Shown: piece by piece, positions 58,515-64,000 of the stretch
How positions within the stretch are numbered: position 1 is the stretch's first letter
Layout: each line of letters begins with the position of its first letter
Source of the DNA: Nanobdellota archaeon
GTDB taxonomy: Archaea; Nanobdellota; Nanobdellia; Pacearchaeales; GW2011-AR1
Direction: 5' to 3'
Length of the DNA: 64,000 bases
NCBI GenBank assembly: GCA_038045945.1
Contig: JBBSXC010000001.1
Location: 64,001 to 128,000, forward strand
Notes under the pieces: generated by a model
The model's input: the letters and a program-made list of their open reading frames with translations, nothing else
Told to the model about the DNA's origin: nothing
The model's database searches: none
Position numbers and translations under genes: made by a program

Positions 58515-61500
58515 TTATTCGTATTTGTTTCCTAGTTCGAATTGTGTTTTAATGTGTAGTCCTTGTAGTTCGTCTACTAGTAGTTTGAATGCGTATGATA
58601 CTTCTATTTTTTCTATTTCGTTGCTTGAGCATGCTGGGCATGTTATTTTGTTTCTTATTCTGTCGTCTACTGCTAAATATCCGCACTTAGCGCATATTGG
58701 TAGTACTACTCTGTCGCTGTCGTATCTTTCTTTTAGTAATAATGATGCTCCATGAGCAACAAGAGCTTCTTGTTCCATTTCTCCTAGTCTTAATGCTCCT
58801 CCCATGCTTCTTCCTTCTATTGGTTGTCTTGTTAATAGTTGTACTTTACCACTTGCTCTTGCGTGTAGTTTGTTAGCTACCATATATTTTAGTCTTAAGT
58901 AGTACATTTCTCCAATGTATATTTTTGCTTTCATTACTCTTCCTGTTATTCCGTCGTACATTGTTTCTTTACCATCGTATCTGAATCCTATGCTTTTTAG
59001 TTCTTCTTCTAGTTCATCTCTGCTTTCACCTGAGAATGCTGTTCCGTCAATTATTCTTCCTGAGTTGCTTCCTACTTTTCCTCCCATTAGTTCAATTAGG
59101 TATCCCATAGTCATACGTGATGGGATTCCGTGTGGGTTGAACATTACGTCTGGTTTCATACCACGCGAAGTGAATGGTATGTCATTTTCTGGTACTATCA
59201 TTCCAACTACTCCTTTTTGCCCGTAAGGTGTTGAGAATTTGTCTCCTAATTCTGGTATTCTTTGGTCCCTCATTCTTACTTGTACTAGTCTGTTTCCTTC
59301 GTTGTCGATTGTTAAGAATACTGCGTCAACTATTCCTTTTTCTTCTTGCCTCATTGCTGAAGATGATTCTTTTCTTGTTCTAACACTAATTTCTCTTGCT
59401 TCTGATAAGAATTTTGGTGGTGAAGTTTTTCCTATGATTACGTCTTCTTCGTGCATGTCTGCTTCAACGTATGCTATTCCGTCGTCTTCTAAGAATTTGT
59501 AGCTGTCTTGTGTTCTGTATCTTGATGTGTCTTTTTCTGGTATTTCTATTTTGTCAGCTAGTCCTCCAGCGTAATGTATTTCTTCTGTTACGTAAGGTCT
59601 AAAGTATGTGCTTCTTCCCATTCCTCTTTGTACGCTTCCTCTGTTTAGCACTATTGCGTCTTCCATGTTGTATCCTTCGTGTGTCATTACTGCTACTACT
59701 AAGTTTTGTCCGCTTGGGTAAATGTTTAAAGTGTCATAAACGAAACTTCGAACGATTGGTTTTTGTGGGTAGTGTAGTACTGATACGTCTGTGTCTACTC
59801 TTACTGGGTAGTTTGCTGCGTATATTCCTAATGCCTGTTTTTGTGTTTTTGATCCTCTGTTAAGACGGGAAGCTTGGTTGTGGTTTGCGTATGGTACTAA
59901 GCTTGTTACTAGGCCTAGCAAATCTATGTGGTCTATTTCTAGGTGTGTGTGTTCGCTTGTTAGTTCGTCTTTGTTTAGGCATACTAGTGAGTTTTCTTCT
60001 TCTCTTGCGTCTAAGTATTCTACTATTCCTTGTTTTAGTAAGTCGTTCCAGTTCATTTCTCCGGCTGCTAGTGAAGCTTCGTGGTCTTCTGTGAATCTGC
60101 TTACTCCGTTGTCAACTATTATTATTGGTCTTAGTACTCTTCCTGTTTCGCTTGATATTATTATTGTTTTTAGTTCGTCGTTTAGTCCTATGCTTAATTC
60201 CATTGGTAGTTTGTCTCCTCTTCTCATTTCTTTTACTTTTCCTATGAATTCTTTTTCGTCGTCTACTGATCCTACGAATCTTCCGTTGAAGAATACGTCA
60301 TGGTTGTATCCTTCTTCTGTTTTTGTGTTTGGGCTCATTCCTAATGCTTCTAGTGTTTCAACAAACTTTTTTTCTTCTATGTTTGATCTTGTTGCTATTC
60401 TGCACATTATTGCTAAATTCTTTTTCAGTCCTATTTCTGTTCCTTCTGGTGTTTCTACTGGGCAGAATCTTCCGTAGTGTGTTGGGTGTAAAGTTCTAGC
60501 CATGAAGTTTTCTTGTTCTCCTGGTAGTTGGCTTGACACTTTTTGTAGTTGTGATAGTATTGCTAAGTAGTTTGTTTTGTCCATGTTTTGTGTTACTCCG
60601 CTTGTTTCTCCAATCCAGCTTCCTGTTGCTATTGCTGATTCCATTCTGTGTGAGAATAGTGTTGATTTTGCTATTGTTTTTACTGAATAAAACTTTTTTC
60701 TTTTTGCTATTTTTTGCAATGAGTATTGTATGTCTCTTATTAGTATGTTCATGTTAACTCTGAATAGGTCTGCTAGTAAGTCTCCGCTTAGTCTTACTCT
60801 TTTGTTTGCGTAGTGGTCTTTGTTTGTGACTATTGATGAGTCGTCTTTTGCTGCGTAGAATTGTTTTATTAGCTTACATAGTGTTACTGCTTTTTCTCCT
60901 CTGTCATCTTTTCCTAGGCCTATGTGTGGCATTAAGTATGAGTCTAATCTTTGTTTTACTCTGTCTACCATTTCTTTTTTTGTTCCTTGTAATGATGTTT
61001 TTTCTGCTATGTACACCATTGCGTCGTCTGCTGTGTGAATGTTAGCGAATTCGTAAAGGTTTACTATGAATGAGTCGCTTTCTCTACCTACAAAACGAGC
61101 TATGTCGCTTTCTTTTGTCATTCCTAATGCTTTTAGTACTACTACTGTTGGTATGTTTTTGAATCTTGAGAATGATGTTTCTAGTATTCCTTCACTTGTT
61201 TCTGTTATTGATACTGGTATTCTGTATGATCCTCTTAGGCTGAATAATCTTAAAGTTAGTTTTCCTCTTGATATTCCTATGAATGGTTGGTTTGGTGCTA
61301 AGTCTTCTATCATTACTATTACTCTTTCGTTTCCGTTAACTATGAAGTATCCTCCCGGGTCTAATGGGTCCATGTAGTTTTCTTCTAATTGTTCTTTATT
61401 CATTCCGTAAGTGTTACAAATATTACTTCTTACGATTACTGGTATTTTTCCTATTTCGAAGTTGTGGCTTTCTATGTTGCTTCCTTGTTTTACGCTTATT

Positions 61501-61781
61501 TCTACAAATACTGGTGCTGAGTATGTTAGGTTTCTTAGGCGTGCTTCTGTTGGTGTTAGAACGCTTGTGCTTCCGTCTGCTTCCACGACTACTGGTTTTT
61601 GCACGCTTACTTTTCCTAGTTTTATTTCGAAGTCGTCTGATATTAACCCGTCTGATATTTCGTCAACTATTTCTTGCATTCTTTTATCTAAGAAGTTGTT
61701 GAATGATACAATGTTTGATTCTACTAGTGAATGATTGGCTAAATAGTTTTTTAGTATTACGTGCTTTTTATCAACTACCAT
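58515..61781 (-). CDS. rpoB: RNA polymerase subunit B (unsplit)
   Basis: GGYFIVNG.ERV, CPVETPEG, GYNMEDA, GDKF, LRLGEME. Confidence 0.97.
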   Translation of the reverse strand: MVVDKKHVILKNYLANHSLVESNIVSFNNFLDKRMQEIVDEISDGLISDDFEIKLGKVSVQKPVVVEADGSTSVLTPTEARLRNLTYSAPVFVEISVKQGSNIESHNFEIGKIPVIVRSNICNTYGMNKEQLEENYMDPLDPGGYFIVNGNERVIVMIEDLAPNQPFIGISRGKLTLRLFSLRGSYRIPVSITETSEGILETSFSRFKNIPTVVVLKALGMTKESDIARFVGRESDSFIVNLYEFANIHTADDAMVYIAEKTSLQGTKKEMVDRVKQRLDSYLMPHIGLGKDDRGEKAVTLCKLIKQFYAAKDDSSIVTNKDHYANKRVRLSGDLLADLFRVNMNILIRDIQYSLQKIAKRKKFYSVKTIAKSTLFSHRMESAIATGSWIGETSGVTQNMDKTNYLAILSQLQKVSSQLPGEQENFMARTLHPTHYGRFCPVETPEGTEIGLKKNLAIMCRIATRSNIEEKKFVETLEALGMSPNTKTEEGYNHDVFFNGRFVGSVDDEKEFIGKVKEMRRGDKLPMELSIGLNDELKTIIISSETGRVLRPIIIVDNGVSRFTEDHEASLAAGEMNWNDLLKQGIVEYLDAREEENSLVCLNKDELTSEHTHLEIDHIDLLGLVTSLVPYANHNQASRLNRGSKTQKQALGIYAANYPVRVDTDVSVLHYPQKPIVRSFVYDTLNIYPSGQNLVVAVMTHEGYNMEDAIVLNRGSVQRGMGRSTYFRPYVTEEIHYAGGLADKIEIPEKDTSRYRTQDSYKFLEDDGIAYVEADMHEEDVIIGKTSPPKFLSEAREISVRTRKESSSAMRQEEKGIVDAVFLTIDNEGNRLVQVRMRDQRIPELGDKFSTPYGQKGVVGMIVPENDIPFTSRGMKPDVMFNPHGIPSRMTMGYLIELMGGKVGSNSGRIIDGTAFSGESRDELEEELKSIGFRYDGKETMYDGITGRVMKAKIYIGEMYYLRLKYMVANKLHARASGKVQLLTRQPIEGRSMGGALRLGEMEQEALVAHGASLLLKERYDSDRVVLPICAKCGYLAVDDRIRNKITCPACSSNEIEKIEVSYAFKLLVDELQGLHIKTQFELGNKYE

Positions 61782-61786
61782 TTTTT

Positions 61787-61993
61787 TTATACCACCACCC
61801 TGTAATACATAAATGTTTTTTCTTCGAATTTTCTTTCTATTTTGATAACGTCTCCTTTACTACACCCTTCAGGTAATCCTGGATCAGTTATGCTTATTTT
61901 TGGTAATTGGTATGTTGATACGTTAAACTTTTCTAATAGTTCGTTAACTTCATCTTTTTTTATTTTCGTGTGTTTTGGCTGTAATGCGTGCAT
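61787..61993 (-). CDS. rpoH: RNA polymerase subunit H (Rpo5)
   Basis: HALQPKH, LPKI..TDP, GDVIKIER, YYRVV. Confidence 0.95.
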   Translation of the reverse strand: MHALQPKHTKIKKDEVNELLEKFNVSTYQLPKISITDPGLPEGCSKGDVIKIERKFEEKTFMYYRVVV

Positions 61994-62270
61994 CTTTTAG
62001 AATATTTTAGGGGTTTAGGTTTTTATTGGAAAATTGCTAGCACAACTTAACAATAATAAAAACCAGCAAAAATGCCTTTTTAAACCTTTCTAAGACTTAT
62101 GTATTCTGAGCCCTAAAACCTTAAAGACGGGCTTTTTAGGTCCTAAAAACTATTTTTTATTGTCAAAAACTCCGAGTTTTTTTCTTTTAGGTGTTTACTT
62201 AGTAGCTCCTTCTTTGTTTTCTTAGCTAATCAGAGGATTTTTAAACGATTAATTGTAGTTATTTGTATAT

Positions 62271-62345
62271 GGCTCCGTAGCTCAGCCTGGATAGAGTACT
62301 TGGCTTTTAACCAAGGTGTCGCGGGTTCAAATCCCGTCGGAGCCA
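62271..62345 (+). tRNA. tRNA-Lys(TTT)
   Basis: Anticodon arm CTTGG-CTTTTAA-CCAAG. Confidence 0.95.
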
Positions 62346-62364
62346 TTAACTTTTTTTAGAATTA

Positions 62365-62685
62365 TTATTTTATGTAGCTCGTTATTTTTTCAATTAGTGT
62401 TTCTTCGCTTACTGCTCCTATTATTCTTCCTACTTCTTTTCCTGCCTTTAGTATTATCATTGTTGGTATGCTCATAACACCATATTTTTCTGCTATTTCT
62501 CCGTATTCGTCTACGTTTACTTTTGTGAAGTGTACTTTTTTCTGGAATTTTTTTATTGCTACTTCGTCTATTATTGGCCCCATCATTACGCATGGCATGC
62601 ACCATTCTGCGTAGAAATCTACAAATGCGTATTCTGCTTTTAGTGCATTATCAAATTCTTTTATGTTGCTTATTTCTTCTACCAT
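62365..62685 (-). CDS. trxA: Thioredoxin
   Basis: VDFYAEWCMPC, VMSIPT. Confidence 0.93.
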   Translation of the reverse strand: MVEEISNIKEFDNALKAEYAFVDFYAEWCMPCVMMGPIIDEVAIKKFQKKVHFTKVNVDEYGEIAEKYGVMSIPTMIILKAGKEVGRIIGAVSEETLIEKITSYIK

Positions 62686-62749
62686 GAAAAGTGTTTAGAA
62701 ACAGGACTATAAAAAGCTGACGGGGATAGACAGATGTTCAGCAGAGTCA

Positions 62750-64000
62750 TTATTTTGTTATTTTTGTTTCTTTAATTTGAATCTCGCAATGGTCATTACT
62801 GCAGAATTTTTCTTCTTCTTTTTCTATAACTCCCATTTTTGAGAAGTCTGCTTCTTTTATTTCGCTTCTTCTTTTTTCGTATTCTGTTTTTGTTATTTCT
62901 TCGTATGGCATTTGTTCGAATGCTCCTTCTTCTGTTCTTGGCAAGAAGCTTATTGCTTTTAGTTTGTATTGCATTACGTCTAATACTCTTACTATTTCTT
63001 TTGCTTCTGTTTTTGGATCGAAGCTTGCTGTGCAGCTTACTTGGTTGTCTGCCCAGTGTTCTTGCATGAATGCTGCTAGGTTTACTTGTTCCCATAATGA
63101 AACTTGTTTTATTGTTCTCATTGATCCTACGTGTACTGGTATTTCTACAACTATTGATGATTTGTCGTCTTTTGAGTCTTCTATTTTGTATCCTGCTTCT
63201 TGTAGTATTGGTATCATTTCGCTTCCTTTTCCTAGTCTTATTCTTCTTATGTAGTATTCTGATTCTGGGTAGTGTATTCCTGGTGTTGCTCCTGCTAGTA
63301 GGCTTACGCTTCCTGATGGTTTTACTGATGTTGTTTTTATTGATTTTGGTACTGTTAACCAGTCGCTATAAACTCCGTCGTAGTGTTGTATTGTGTCATA
63401 ACCGTCTCTTGACCATTCTCTTAAATTTTTTATTCCCCTTGATGTTAAGAATTGTGCAATTCCGCTCATTGATGCTCCTATTCTTCTGTTTCTTAGTAGT
63501 ACTCTGTTTGTTTCTGGCCAGTGGCTTTCTCCCAGCGCTACAGTTTTTGCGTATAAGTATGCGAATTTTAGTGTTCTTAAGAAGTCTTCTTTTGTTTGGT
63601 GTCTTTCTGGGAATGTTTCTACTAGGTTGCATAATTCGTAGCTTTCTAGGCTTTGTTCTACGCATGGGTTTGCTCCTTTAACTCTTCTGTCTTTGTGGTT
63701 TGGTGGGTCGCTCATTCTTCCAAAGGCTCTCATGTTTTCCAGCCATGCGTATCCTGGTTCTCCGTTTATTGCTGTTCTTTTTGCTGGTTCACTATAGTCC
63801 ATTCCTAGCCTAGCAAATATTGAGTTATTACTTACCCATCCGAAATCTTTTCTTTCTGGGTGTCTGTCATAATTTTTTAGGTCTAAGAATTCTTCGTCTT
63901 CCGGCTCTCCTAATGCTAGTTCTGCGCTTCTTCTAACGTTTCCTGCTACTACGCATCTTCCAATCATGTTTTCTAGATCTGTTATGACTCTGGAAGTTAT
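62750..64000 (-). CDS. nrdJ: Class II (adenosylcobalamin) ribonucleotide reductase, monomeric type; 5' part outside the window
   Basis: VVAGNVRRSA, NPCVEQSL..ELCNL, TSVKPSGSVS, C-terminal CxxxxC. Confidence 0.9.
   Translation of the reverse strand: MTSRVITDLENMIGRCVVAGNVRRSAELALGEPEDEEFLDLKNYDRHPERKDFGWVSNNSIFARLGMDYSEPAKRTAINGEPGYAWLENMRAFGRMSDPPNHKDRRVKGANPCVEQSLESYELCNLVETFPERHQTKEDFLRTLKFAYLYAKTVALGESHWPETNRVLLRNRRIGASMSGIAQFLTSRGIKNLREWSRDGYDTIQHYDGVYSDWLTVPKSIKTTSVKPSGSVSLLAGATPGIHYPESEYYIRRIRLGKGSEMIPILQEAGYKIEDSKDDKSSIVVEIPVHVGSMRTIKQVSLWEQVNLAAFMQEHWADNQVSCTASFDPKTEAKEIVRVLDVMQYKLKAISFLPRTEEGAFEQMPYEEITKTEYEKRRSEIKEADFSKMGVIEKEEEKFCSNDHCEIQIKETKITK

Overview
AT-rich archaeal chromosome segment, most consistent with a DPANN (Nanoarchaeota, Pacearchaeota-like) genome. 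The lineage is inferred from the archaeal RNAP genes with an unsplit A subunit, GatD/GatE, Rpp30, eS24/eS31, a tRNA-Ile(UAU) with a BHB intron, compact genes and many apparently leaderless TATA promoters. The backbone is housekeeping: rpoH-rpoB-rpoA, rpoE1-spt4-rps24e-rps27ae, pyrH, scpA, hisS, trpS, aspS, asnS, gatD, gatE, ftsZ, ychF, eif1a, trxA, class II RNR and eight tRNA genes. Three things stand out. (1) An ORF-free region (19.56-20.37 kb) has its own BRE/TATA promoter and folds on the minus strand into a ~600-nt multi-domain RNA, including two tandem 40-nt motifs whose differences are compensatory; it lies directly upstream of a PRPP synthase gene. (2) Several isolated bacterial-type genes act on machinery archaea lack: a FliA/WhiG-like sigma factor overlapping a patatin gene, a PilT retraction ATPase and a SleB-type peptidoglycan hydrolase. 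(3) An accessory region at the 3' end of tRNA-Glu(CTC) (1-5.4 kb) is built from ~2-kb gene blocks separated by att-like repeats, next to a truncated integrase. No CRISPR array or rRNA was seen. All calls were made by eye from motifs; no searches were run.
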